DNA from: Eledone cirrhosa
Lineage: Eukaryota
Assembly (NCBI GenBank): GCA_964016885.1
Contig: OZ024759.1
Span: 23,684,001-23,748,000, forward strand
Direction of reading: 5' to 3'
Length of the DNA: 64,000 nt
Under the pieces are notes generated by a model, which saw nothing but the letters and a program-made list of their open reading frames with translations, had not been told where the DNA came from and did not search any database. The position numbers and the translations under genes were made by a program. This document shows positions 1-12,606 of the stretch, one piece after another (position 1 is the first letter of the stretch; each line of letters starts with the position of its first letter).

Positions 1-390
1 GGTGGTGTTTGTCCTGACTGCTACATGACCACTTTACAGTGTGTGCTTGGTGGTGTTTGTCCTGACTGCTACATGACCACTTTACAGTGTGTGCTTGGTG
101 GTGTTTGTCCTGACTGCTACATGACCACTTTACAGTGTGTGCTTGGTGGTGTTTGTCCTGACTGCTACATGACCACTTTAAAGTGTGTGCTGGGTGCTTT
201 TTGTCATGACTCCTACATGACCACTTTACAGAGTGTGCTGGGTGCTTTTTGTCATGACTGCTACACGACCACTTTACAGTGTGCTGGGTACTTTTTGTCA
301 TGACTGCTACATGACCACTTTACAGTGTGTGCTGGGTGCTTTTTGCCGTGTCTTTTACACGTCCACTTTACAGTGTAGGCTGGGTGCTTA
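1..390. repeat. 48-bp minisatellite, about 8 units, runs off the window start
   Basis: Unit ggtggtgtttgtcctgactgctacatgaccactttacagtgtgtgctt, degenerating rightwards. It explains the repetitive ORF 25..303. Confidence 0.9.
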
Positions 391-418
391 ATGAAAAAAT
401 GACATTATCAATATTCTT

Positions 419-604
419 GGATTGGCAGTATTAGTAGAGGGTCGGACGCCATGATTTGCAGCATAGAGTTACGGCCCTTTGCGTTCTAAGTTCAAATCCT
501 GCCGAGGTTAGCTTTGCCTTTCATCCCTACGCGGTCGATAAAATAAAGCACCAGTAATGCACTGGGGTAATTGCTGGCCTTGTGCCAAAAGTAGAAATAA
601 TTAT
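419..604 (+). mobile_element. tRNA-derived SINE (family D)
   Basis: A-box-like tggcagtattagtag, B-box-like gttcaaatcc, core gcctttcatcc..cggtcgataaaataaag.accag, tail ggccttgtgccaaaagtagaaataattat. About ten copies or fragments occur in the window. Confidence 0.8.
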
Positions 605-629
605 CAATATAAAGACTATGTATAGCATT

Positions 630-955
630 GATATGGTCCCGTAACTCCCGAGGAAGTCGTAACGGCGCGTTTCTAGAGCATGTATTATTTAAACCTGGTG
701 GAGCCCCTCTCCTCTCCATGTCTGAATACAACAGATTTCTTCCAGAGAAGAATAGAGAGAGAGTGAGAGAATGGAAATGTGAAAATAGATATGGTATGGT
801 ATGATATGGTCCTGTAACGCCTGCGGAAGTCGTAGGGGCATCGTATTGACATGCGGCGTTTCTAGGGCATTTGTTTTTAAATCTGGCAGAGCCCATCTCC
901 TTTTCATGAGACATATACCAGACACCTTCCAGAGAAGGAATATCCTCTTCATGAG
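630..955. repeat. Two diverged ~170-bp units of an unclassified interspersed repeat
   Basis: ggtccc/tgtaac..gaagtcgta..ggcg.ttctag.gcat..taaa.ctgg..gagccc..ttccagagaag occurs twice here and again at ~12810-12950. Confidence 0.6.
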
Positions 956-961
956 TATAGC

Positions 962-999
<38 letters not shown>

Positions 1000-1001
<2 letters not shown>

Positions 1002-1207
1002 ATAAATTATCGAGATTCGCATTTCGGCCCACGAAATAACGAAAAACAACCTCCGAGATGTGCGGCAAGTGCTCAATGATTCAGATGAACCAGAGCTATA
1101 ACAAACGGTAAAGGCCAAACACACTGAGACGATGGTTAAACAATCATTCGCATAGCCCCCCCCCGCCCCCCCCCCCCCCCAAAAAAAACGATCAAGTAAT
1201 TCGGGTA
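1000..1207 (+). mobile_element. Short (TA)n-flanked non-coding element (family B)
   Basis: Near-identical reverse-complement copy at ~55865-56052, also flanked by (TA)n. Confidence 0.75.
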
Positions 1208-1213
1208 TATACA

Positions 1214-1306
<93 letters not shown>

Positions 1307-1944
1307 GAAAAAAATGAAACGAAATTTCATTTCTCACTCTTAGTACGGCTGTTACTTAAATATAAGTATGTATACGTACATACATATATGTATACAGACG
1401 TACAGTAGTATGTATATATATACATACATACACACATATATATATATGTACCTATGGATTCACCGAACATTTATTATAATGCTCGGTGTGTTTGTAAATT
1501 CATTTCACCTGATGAGATCAGTGATAATTGATCATGGCTTTACGATCGATCTATCTCTTATTGAAACATGTGTCGTGATTAAAATAATTGGAATTTTACC
1601 TTGCCTTCAGATTTTCATTTTGATACTTATACTCCGTTTTACATCATTTAGCTGTTCCCTTGAATGGAATTGGAGATATACAAAAGCGTGGAGAACTTAA
1701 TATTGGTAACATAAATTTATTGGACCGTTTTACACAACCAATAATACACCTTACTATATAACAACTATATATATATATATAATTATATATTCGTGTACAG
1801 ATATTTTTTCATACACAATAACAAAATATAAACAAACGTATTTATTTCACGAGGCTCGATAAGGATAAATATATATAATTTTTGCATATATATGTTGTAA
1901 GCACTTATATTCTGTTGTATATTCTTGGTAGTGGAGTAGGAAAA

Positions 1945-2449
1945 TTAGACAGTAGATCTATTTAAAAGTTGATGGTATTTATGGTTTGGTGGGAAGTTTT
2001 TCTCCAGGATAGCAAAGAATTTTTTAGGGATATGGTCTTTAATCTGTAGATTAAATGGAGCATTATACCAAGTAGCCCGTCTATTACGGTTTCGACATTG
2101 TTTCTTATATTTATATAATGTATCGGGAGGTTTACTGCTAGAGTTACTATTAGTGATTTTATTATAGATAGGTTTAGTTAGATTAATTGATGTTTTAGTC
2201 TGATTACTAGGAATTTTGTTAGTTATGTTGTTGACATATGTAAGAGTATTAGGGTGAATGGTTTTTTGAAAGTGACATATATATGTGAAGGTATGTATAT
2301 CTACTCTGATAATTTGTAATATTTTTTTACATAGATCTTTAATATGATATACATACCAACACACACATATATCCCAGAAACGATCGTAAAATGATGATTC
2401 TTTCAATATAAGGAACCTGTTCTTTGTTTTCATTTCATTGTTTTTATTA

Positions 2450-2450
<1 letters not shown>
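1945..2450. mobile_element. Naiad-type PLE relic with inversion
   Basis: Minus strand gives RNRNRRATWYNAPFN..FFAILEKNFPPNHKYHQLLNRSTV, homologous to 32947 and 42449. The plus-strand part ~2265-2450 matches the HHR-bearing terminal repeat at 61144-61330 (GAAAcgatcGTA). Confidence 0.7.
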
Positions 2451-2519
<69 letters not shown>

Positions 2520-2521
<2 letters not shown>

Positions 2522-2656
2522 CGAAGGAAATGTGGTAAGGAACCAGGTGGACCATAACGCACCAAAGTACTCAATACTTGGGGTAGTAGAGTGGGTAATA
2601 GGAACCAGTAAGACCCCGACGGCTGAGCTCAAGCCGTTTCGACGGCTAATTCTGGA

Positions 2657-2658
<2 letters not shown>
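2520..2658 (-). mobile_element. (TA)n-inserted stub, family A (3' half of a hammerhead plus tail)
   Basis: Reverse complement reads agtccagaattagccgtc-GAAA-cggc ttgagctca gcc-GTC-ggggtc...ttccttcgttata. Other copies at 10311, 31053, 31340, 54670 and 56360, with a tail variant at 8058. Confidence 0.8.
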
Positions 2659-2740
<82 letters not shown>

Positions 2741-2870
2741 TATATGTATATATATATATATATATATGTATGTACATATATGTATATATATATATATATA
2801 TATATGTATGTACATATATATAATATATATATATGTACATATGTATGTATATATGTTTTTTTTTTCTTTC

Positions 2871-3182
2871 ATGCGCAGGGACATAGAAATAATCGGGCTG
2901 GATACCCGATCGCGCGGTTAAACCACTGGGAGTGAAGGACCCATAGCCTTTGTCAGGGCATTGTTCTAGGAGAAGGCAACTCAGGAACTGGGATAACATT
3001 CGACATGAAACCTGATCTGTTCTTCTTTTCGGGTTGTAGCTACTATCGCTCAGAGAGTGGGATTTTCTCAGTGCACAGTCTTTCCTCACTTTAAAAGTAA
3101 TCTTCACGCACAGGCATTGCACGATAGAATTAATTAATAATCATTGCAATAGCCATACTCGATAACGAGGGGGCAGCCATCA
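2871..3182 (+). mobile_element. Non-autonomous repeat resembling an RTE 5' UTR (family C)
   Basis: Reverse-complement copy at ~46423-46765. Contains ctaggagaaggcaactc, similar to RTE-clade 5' UTR motifs as recalled, not searched. Confidence 0.55.
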
Positions 3183-3238
3183 GGTATGTATATATGTATA
3201 TATGTATGCATCATGTAATACGTGTGTATATATGTAAT

Positions 3239-3322
<84 letters not shown>

Positions 3323-3589
3323 GAGAGTTTCTGTTTATGACCCACTGATATGATTATAAAAAGCACCTTCCAGGCGTTTGTTTCAATTTAAATTACTAAT
3401 GTGTATAAAATATACAGAGCGTGGCTATTGGTACGGACTAGCAGAAAGTAGGCGGTGTACAAATATGAGAATAGCTAAGGTCGTACAAAATTGTCTTTCA
3501 GCCCAACTATCTACCACATTACTTAGTATAACTTATTTTTGATAACGTCCAAAATTGTCTTTCAGGCTAGCTATCAACCACATCAAAAC

Positions 3590-3995
3590 GAGTTTCCTAT
3601 CATTTGAAGGCTAATATCTTTGATACTTACATCCTACCAGTTGTGTTATATGGTGTTGACTACGTTAATTGGACGCCAAGGTCACTTCAGAAGCTCTCTA
3701 CATTCCAGAACCACATCATGAGACATGACTGGCAAGCAGCTCAGCGACCGTATCTGTATCAGTGAGCTGCTCAACATTACTAAACTTAGACCAATTACAT
3801 CAATTCTCAAGTCAAGAGTACTCAAACTATACGGTCATATAAAAAGATCAACTCGTGGTGTGAGTAGGTTATGCTTGGAAGGAAGCTTGGCTGGTAAGAG
3901 AAGCAGAGGCCGGCAGCCAAAACTATGGCTTGACAATGTCAACTTATAGACTGGTCTTGATATTTGCTCTTTAAACTCTGGCGTTGGTGATCGAA
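3590..3995 (+). pseudogene. RTE-like LINE C-terminal fragment
   Basis: ILPVVLYG..W..LQKLSTFQ (frameshift) ..LKLYGHIKR..LEGSLAGKRSRGRQPKLWLDNV, typical of the region after the RT domain in RTE-clade LINEs. Confidence 0.75.
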
Positions 3996-4102
3996 CTGAA
4001 GATCCCGTTAAGGGTGAAAGCAGCGATCTTCTGAAGATCCCGTTAAGGGTGAAAGCAGCGATTCTTTGCTTAAACTTTAATCTGTTATTTCAATAAATAT
4101 AA

Positions 4103-4325
<223 letters not shown>

Positions 4326-4489
4326 TATTGTGTAGGTGATTCAGTAACATTGTGGGTTATTTGCATTGATGTTAATATTAACACTCTATGGCTAAAACCG
4401 AATGTATATACTTTAAGTTTAATTCGAGGAAGCTTAACAAAATTCACATTTATGTGAAACTTCGTCGTATTAAGGTAGAGCAGGATTAG

Positions 4490-5770
4490 TAAGAACGCTA
4501 ACTTTGGGGGTTATTGACTTGGGTTTCAAAAAAAATTATTGATATGGTGTGAACGGGGATATTTGAAGAAGTTTCGGGGTTATTTCGGGCTTGAAGTTAA
4601 GTAGGAACAAAAGGGGAGATTTAAAAAGAGATTGGGGGTATTTCGGGCTTGCTGTTAAGGAGGATATGAAAGGGGGGATTTTAAGAAGGATCGGGGTTAT
4701 TTTGTGTTTGCATTTATATAGGCATAAATTGAGAGATTTTTAAGAAGGATCGGGGCCATTTCGAGTTATAGGCATAAAGGGGGAGATTTTATAAAGTTTC
4801 GGTGTTATTTCGGGCTTGTATTTAAGGAGACATTACATTGAGATTTTTAAAAAAGACCCGGGGTGATTTCGGGCTTGCTGTTAAGCGAGTTATGAATGGG
4901 AAGATTTTAAGAAGGTTTGGTGTTATCTGGGTCTTGACTTTATGTAGGTAAAAAGGAAAGATTTTGAGAAGATCCAGGGTTATTTGGGGCTAGCATTTAA
5001 GTGGAGACGGGTAGCCTAGTGATAAGGGTGTTGGACTTACGATCATAATGTCATGGGTTCGATTCCTGGGCTGGTTTTCGTGTTGTATTCTAGAGTTGCT
5101 GCAGTATACTAAACTGAAAATGAGTACCAGCAATGGCTGGGGGTTTGACCACGCGATGGACTGGCGTCCTTTCCAGGGGGAAGTCTTGTACTCTCAGTCG
5201 CTTCACACCATGAAACCGGGATAAACACCGGCCTAACGAGACTTCTGGCTTAAGACCGACTTTTTTTTAGATCTTTTTTTAGATTTAAGTAGGTATAAAA
5301 TGGGAAATTTATTTTAAAAGATGGTTCGGAGTTATTTCCGGCTTACAGATAAGTAGATTATGAAAGGGAAGGTTTTTTAAATGTTCGGAGTTATTTTGGG
5401 TTTGCAGTTAATCAGGTTACGAAAGGGAAGATTTGAAGAAAGTTCAGGATTATTTCTGGTTTGCATAAAAGTAGACATGAAATGGGAGATTTTAAAACGA
5501 TTCGAGGTTATTTGGGGCTTGAAGTTAAGTAGGCATGGAAGGGAAGATTTTAAAAATGGTCCGGAGTTTATTTAGGGTTTGCATTTATGTAGGAATAAAG
5601 GGGGAGATGTTAAGAAGGTTGGTGGTTATTTCGGTCTTGCAGTTAATCAGGTTATAAAAGGGTAAATTTTAACAACGTTCAGAGTTATTTGGGGCTTAGA
5701 TTTAAGTAGGTGTGAAACGGAAGATTTTAAAAAGGTTTGGTGTTATTTTGGGATCTCTTTTAAGTAGGCG
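4490..5770. repeat. Degenerate ~59-60 bp minisatellite interrupted by a SINE
   Basis: Recurrent gaaggttcggggttatttcgggcttgcagttaagtagg..aaagggagattttaa at ~60-bp period on both sides of the SINE at 5005-5262. Confidence 0.8.
5005..5262 (+). mobile_element. tRNA-derived SINE (family E)
   Basis: A box tagcctagtgataag, B box ggttcgattcc, V-domain-like gcgatggactggcgtcctttccagggg. A related reverse copy lies at ~13339-13590. Confidence 0.75.
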
Positions 5771-6548
5771 TCGGAGAAGGCAGAAGGTGGGGATATCCAT
5801 AAAACTGTAAATTCTATTTTTATATCAACATTTAGCTTGGTCAAATATGCTTAACGTCATTTAGTGATTCATTTGTGTCTGAATATTCAGTGAATGCTTT
5901 ATGATTAGGTTGATATCACACTGATGAGCATACGTGGTTGATGTCACCCACAATTCTACCACCACCGCTACCATCATCACCACCACTATCATCATCATTG
6001 TCAAACAAGTAGAACGAAATAATTAAAAGAAATCAAAAGCACAAAGACCAATAAAACTCAACAACTTTCATTTAACCAGTGAATCTGATTCCTGTAACTG
6101 CCTGGAAAGTTTACCTTCTTTTCAAGTCCTCTGTAAAAAATGTTAGTTATGCAACATCATCAAAACAACTCACTGGACAACCATTTTAATTCACAGGATA
6201 TCAGTATTATATATATATATATATATGTGTGTATCCCGGGTTCAGTCGGGAGCAGAGTATAAATATTTATACTCTGCTATGTTTGAGTACCTTACTTACT
6301 CTAGAAGCCATTTCTATATTATATATATATCCAAGATAGCTGAGGGAATATGCAGAATTACCTGTCAACGTGGCTTGACATGATTATAGGAGTTGGGAGT
6401 AGATGGAGGGCAGGCACGTAGACACCAACAATGATGTCATGGTGACAAAATTTACAGCGTTGGTGGGCATGGCTTTTCTGATTGGTATTAGTACTATGTG
6501 ACCTTGTACAACCTGCTTCATAGTCGAAGGGTTGTATATGTATGTATG

Positions 6549-6721
<173 letters not shown>

Positions 6722-6821
6722 GTATATATATATTTTTTTATTTTTTTTATTTTTTTTTTTATTTTATAGAAGGAGCTTCTACAGGACTAGTACTGTTTCA
6801 TTCAGATGAAATCTTCATATA

Positions 6822-6872
6822 AGCTTCCTGAAGATTTCATCTGAATGAAACAGTACTAGTCCTGTAGAAGCT
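6822..6872 (+). ncRNA. Type I hammerhead ribozyme
   Basis: agcttc-CTGAAGA-t ttca tc tgaa t-GAAA-cag tactagtc ct-GTA-gaagct. Stem I is agcttc/gaagct and the cleavage triplet is GUA. Confidence 0.75.
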
Positions 6873-6959
6873 CCTTCTATAAACTAAAAAAAATTTACTC
6901 TGCCATGTATTGAGTACCTTACTTACTGTGGTTATCCCCGACTCAACCCGGGACCTACG

Positions 6960-6990
<31 letters not shown>

Positions 6991-7442
6991 GTAGAACACT
7001 GGAAGGTAATATCCGTAGTGGTAGAGCACTCAGTCCATGGGACGAGTTAGGTAGGCGTGGCTACACAACAGTTAGTTCACAATACCGAGAACAATTGTTT
7101 CACCTTAGCGGATCCTCAGTTCAATATATATATATATATACATAAGTATAAGGGTATGTGTTTGTGTGAATTTGTGAGAGTGAGGACTTATATGTGTGCG
7201 TGTGTGAGTGTGTTTGAAGACACCTGACCATAGTCATTGTTAGCTTAAGTGAACCTTAAAGATCAGGCGTGGCACCCCCAGTTTGAAGTTGTCTATAGAT
7301 TTCTTTCTGCCTTTGTTACTCTAAATATAGTTTTTAAAGAATTCCCTTTAAACCCATCAACCAATGAACTCCACCCATCCCAATCACCATCCTCTCCTAC
7401 CACCAGAAAAGATATAAATACTATCATATTACTTGGACAGTC

Positions 7443-7493
7443 GGCTTCCTGATGATTTGTCCCGAATGAAACAGTTCTAGTCGTGTAGAAGCC
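7443..7493 (+). ncRNA. Type I hammerhead ribozyme (same family as 6822)
   Basis: ggcttc-CTGATGA-tttgtcccgaat-GAAA-cagttctagtcgt-GTA-gaagcc. The outer stem I pair covaries (a:t versus g:c). The 3' tail to ~7575 is shared. Confidence 0.7.
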
Positions 7494-7591
7494 TTTTCTA
7501 TATTAATTATTTATACTCTGCTTTGTATTGAGTACCTTACTTACTGTGGTTACCCCCGATTGAACCCGGTATAAACTATATTATATATAAA

Positions 7592-7687
<96 letters not shown>

Positions 7688-8166
7688 TATAATATATATA
7701 TATGTGTCGGCCGTCACAAACAGTCATAGCCGGCATGGGCTGGGGTTTGGATTCTGACGATCGATTGGTTATTGATTAGGCGATACTCGCTGATAAAGCC
7801 ACATGCACTGATTATGTATTGTTGCATAATATATGCAGGCAGAGGATGCAGTGCACCCTACTGCTGCATTAGTGCGGCAGAAACTCGAGTCCGGGAACTA
7901 TTATAGGCACCCGTTTTACGTGTGTTGTGTTGAAGCGAATAACTATGTGTATACTCTGGGAATGTATCCTACATTACCTATTGAGTACGCTGAGATACAA
8001 CCGGTCTTGGCATAAATATGCTGGGTCCGTCAACTCCTTATTATATATATATATATATGACTCTTTTCCTATTACCCACTCTACTACCCTTAGTATTGAG
8101 TAACTCTGATGCACTATGGTCCATCTGGTATCTTACCAGACCCTGTTTGTTTTATATATATATATA

Positions 8167-9036
8167 CTAGTTGGCCCGTCTGGCTGGCGCTCGACTAAGT
8201 ATACCGGCATTTTATCTTTTCAGAAATCCCCTCTCCACTCCAGTGCAACAATACCGCACGCCCTCTCAAGTCAGCGAGGGGAGATGGGGTAACGTGCTCT
8301 GGTGTTGGGTTTGAATAACTTTTAGGATTCCCCAGTTCAGTAGCCAGTATGTTAAAGAAAATTGATAGTTACAACAATAAAGGCTGAACAGAGAACACAT
8401 TTTTTAACAAACAATAATTTGTACAACCATAATGGAAATTCCAAGTAACAGAAAATATTTAAATTACATTGTTAGAGCCTCAGAATATACAATATTTTTT
8501 GTTCAGCCCTCCTGAGCAAAGATGAAGAGATTGTTTGGCGAGCTCACCCTAGAGCATCCTACATACAATTGACCATGGGAGAAGCACTGATCTCGTAGCT
8601 CGTCTCATGGAGACGTTGACCTCTGGACACTCCTGTCAGGAGCAGGTAAGCTGTAGTGACATAGAGGCCTACCACCAATCTCGAGGACACTGTTTTCAAG
8701 ACAAATGAGCGCCTCATTGAAAACGACACCGTGTGTTACGTTCGGATTGTGTCTGAGTGTGCGGTGTAGGATGTCCTCAGCTAAACTTTCGCGGTGGGTT
8801 TTCCACATTGCGAGAGGGTCGGTGAGATCGCAGTTGTGCAGCATAATAGCAAAACGTTTTCGCAGCTGAGAAGGGACTTTAGCAGTTGCTGCTTCTTGCA
8901 GGGTGAGGTGCCAATGGCTGTCATCGTGTAACATACCACGCATCTGGCAAGCCAAACGGTAAGTGGAACATTGATGGCCATTGATGGTTCTCAGATCTTG
9001 GAAAGACTGTGGTCCTCTAACATCGAACAGTAACAA
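8167..9036 (-). mobile_element. Internally deleted Helitron
   Basis: LLFDVRGPQSFQDLRTINGHQCSTYRLACQMRGMLHDDSHW (Rep-Hel linker) is joined to a Pif1 C-terminus CFSHGQLYVGCSRV..TKNIVYSEAL (8470-8600). The terminal CTAG at 8167-8170 abuts T. Confidence 0.85.
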
Positions 9037-9490
9037 TGACGATAAGCCGTCTGTGCTTTCGTGAAATAAATAGGTTTTTGTTTTTGTGTATGCAAAAATA
9101 TCTGTACACGAATATATATATTAAAATAACATTAAAGTTTAAGCAAAGAATCGCAGCTTTCACCCTTAACTAAAAATATCAGTCTGTGAACGCAGAAGTA
9201 AATATTTCGAAAAATGTTATCTAATGCAGACAGCCAGACATACAGAGAGATACTATAATAAAAAAGAAGGGAATGCGACGTCATAAGAAAATGTGAGGAA
9301 TGACGTATAACCGAAATGTTGACATTTGAAATTTTAAAGAAATGAATATTTAAATAATGTCTTTAATCTTTTAACAAAATCCAGTAGACAAAAATACCCT
9401 CCCTTTTTTTACTTTATAGTATATATATATTAATATATATATAAGGAAAAAAAAAATTTTTATTCCTCATAATCGTCTCTTTCTCCCTGT

Positions 9491-9532
<42 letters not shown>

Positions 9533-9533
9533 G

Positions 9534-9603
<70 letters not shown>

Positions 9604-9656
9604 CGTATATATTATATATACATATATATATATACATATATATACATATATATATG

Positions 9657-9728
<72 letters not shown>

Positions 9729-10012
9729 TTTCGTGAAATAGTCTTTTTAAGACTATATAGAGCATTTGTAGTTTTTCCAAATTGATGGATGAGTATTTAA
9801 CCTTAATTTTATTCTGAGTTAAGACTCTATTGGTTTTTTCCCTGGATTTCACAAAACCTGTGGATAAAATTTCTGTCTTGACTTTTTTTTTTTAATTGAG
9901 TTTGAATTATTTTCCCACATCTTACGTTAAATATTTTCCATTTTGACGTTAAAGTCACTTTTATATTATGAAATACTGTTGGCTTCTTGCTCACATTAAT
10001 TTCTCTATTTTC

Positions 10013-10266
<254 letters not shown>

Positions 10267-10310
10267 TATTGGCAAAATGAGCCTCCCAAAGTATAACAAT
10301 ATATATATAT

Positions 10311-10517
10311 AACGAAGGAAATGTGGTAAGGAACCAGATGGACCATAACGCACCAAAGTACTCAATACTTAGGGTAGTAGAGTGGGTAATAGGAACGAGT
10401 AGGACCCCTACGGCTGAGCTCAAGCCGTTTCGACGACTAATTCTGGACTAAAAGTTTAGTCCAGAATTAGCCGTCGAAACGGCTTGAGCTCAGCCGTCGG
10501 GGTCCTACTCGTTCCTA
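10311..10517. mobile_element. Family A fold-back (palindromic) mini-element
   Basis: Long arm 10311-10450, loop aaagtt, short arm 10457-10517, with (TA)n on both sides. Confidence 0.85.
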
Positions 10518-10875
10518 TATATATATATTTATATACAGACAGACACACACAAATATATATATATACTTTTTACTTGTTGGTATTTGTCATTCTTATGTCA
10601 TTCATATAGTATAGCCACAAATATCTGGTCGATATATTCGTTGTGTCACACTTATGTAATTTTATGTTAACTCTGATCGATAGATTTATTAACTTCTCGC
10701 GCCATTGAGTTCTGTATGTTAACCTCACAACTTCAGTTTTGATTTACACTTGATATATTATTGGTAATTAGGTACTGTATAATACTACCCTTTCATATTT
10801 ATAATTATATATAACTCATTTATAATTATAAATCATATTATTAACATATATATATATATATATACATATATATAT

Positions 10876-11002
10876 CAGGGGCGAAGGGTGCGTGCATGCA
10901 ACGCATGCACTGCATGCGTTATAGAATCTTGAGTTGATCAATTGTGTCGGTTGAAGCAAGCAGAATTTTGGGTGCTTGCTAAATCGTAGACACATAAAAA
11001 GA

Positions 11003-11071
<69 letters not shown>

Positions 11072-11210
11072 CACACAAACACTAGATAACACTACATGCA
11101 GCTTTGACCGAGAGGGCCATTTAGATGGAATTGGGGGGGGGGCTGCACGGCCCCACTTTCCGCCGTGGCGATTGGACTGCATGCCCTGCTTTCCAGGTTA
11201 CCCTTCGCCA

Positions 11211-11213
<3 letters not shown>
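10876..11213. mobile_element. Probable hAT-type MITE
   Basis: Imperfect TIRs caggggcgaagggt / acccttcgccatta, inserted in (TA)n, with internal (CA)n. Confidence 0.55.
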
Positions 11214-11266
<53 letters not shown>

Positions 11267-11267
11267 C

Positions 11268-11366
<99 letters not shown>

Positions 11367-11525
11367 AATTAGTAAATTTGTATTCCAATGTTACTAAGTA
11401 GTTGCATTGGATGGAGTCAACCGACGTCAGAGATTGCTCAACGTATAATAAAGTGTGTTTTAAAATCCGGAGAAAATATGGAGAAGAAGTTTATGAAATG
11501 GAAATGCGGGTATACAGAATTTATT

Positions 11526-11642
11526 AGGTAACAATTGTTTCTATAGTGTATGGATTACCTATACCTCGCTATTTGAATAATATAAAAATATTATCATAAA
11601 CCGAAGGTACACTGTAAGCAAACACACCATGTCGTCAGACCT
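11526..11642 (-). ncRNA. Hammerhead ribozyme with long stem II
   Basis: Reverse complement reads aggt-CTGACGA-catggtgtgt...atacactata-GAAA-caatt-GTT-acct, homologous to 43870-43986. Confidence 0.7.
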
Positions 11643-12144
11643 TTGTATTGGAATGATATGAAAATATTTTATACACTAGATAAATTAGCAACCCCTCAGG
11701 GGAGGTCACTCTAATTTTGGCGCACGAAATTATTTGGAAGATATTTGTGTGTTGTGTGACCTATTTTCTCACCGTTGTTATTTTCTGAGAAGGGAAGTAA
11801 GTCTCGCTCAATCAACTGACTCAACAGGGGACGCTAATCATACGAAATTTATCTGTACTAGATATTCATACATCTACGGATATAAATCATTCGACACACT
11901 GTTGAATGCTAGAGTTACTGCGTCTTCAGTCTAGTTGTATATACACAAATCCAGGTAGCACACAATATCTGTGTATCGATCGATCGATCTATAGATCAAT
12001 CAATTTATGCATCTGTCTATCGATCTAGCATCTATCTCACTATTTCAAAAATAAAACATTAAATGAAACAAGAATTGTTCCAAAGAAAACATTTATTCAT
12101 AAAAGCAAAAATATTTAACATTTTTTAAATAAATTTTTTTAAAG

Positions 12145-12606
12145 GGCACTTGATCAAGGCTATTTGATAGAAGAGCTATGTCATCAGCAAAATCTGTATC
12201 ATATATAACAGTTGATGGGTTTCGCTTATTTCTCCTTTGTGTCAATATAAAGCTGTGGTCTTGTTCATTAATTATGGCTTCCCGAGTGGCATAGTCGAGG
12301 GTGATTCTGAATATGGTGCCAATGTGTCACCTCGAAGGACACCATCAAGCTCAAGAACTTCTTCATAAAGTCGAATTCTCTACCAGAAAAATTCGTCTAC
12401 ACATAAATGTTACCAAGACAGAGTACATATTACTAAATCAGGAAGATGCAAATCTTGTCACACTTGATGGTGGAATACCAAATCGAACCTTCATTGATCA
12501 ACTCTCAGTCGATACAGATCTCAGAAGGCATCAGTTGCCAAGAGTAATGGAAAGCTGTGAATTGTGGAGAGACTTTGTCATGAATGTTTTACTGTGGTCA
12601 CATTGA
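12145..12606. pseudogene. RTE-like LINE RT fragment with internal inversion
   Basis: Minus strand 12145-12300 gives LDYATREA..DTDFADDIALLSNSLDQ. The plus strand from ~12340 continues QAQELLHKVE..LHINVTKTEY. Confidence 0.7.

Noticed and set aside
5005-5070. tRNA gene candidates at SINE heads (also 419, 45249, 47100)
   Set aside because: A and B boxes are present but there is no full cloverleaf, and the sequence continues into multi-copy SINE bodies.
5921-5950. Isolated CTGATGA
   Set aside because: No stem II, GAAA or NUH follows.
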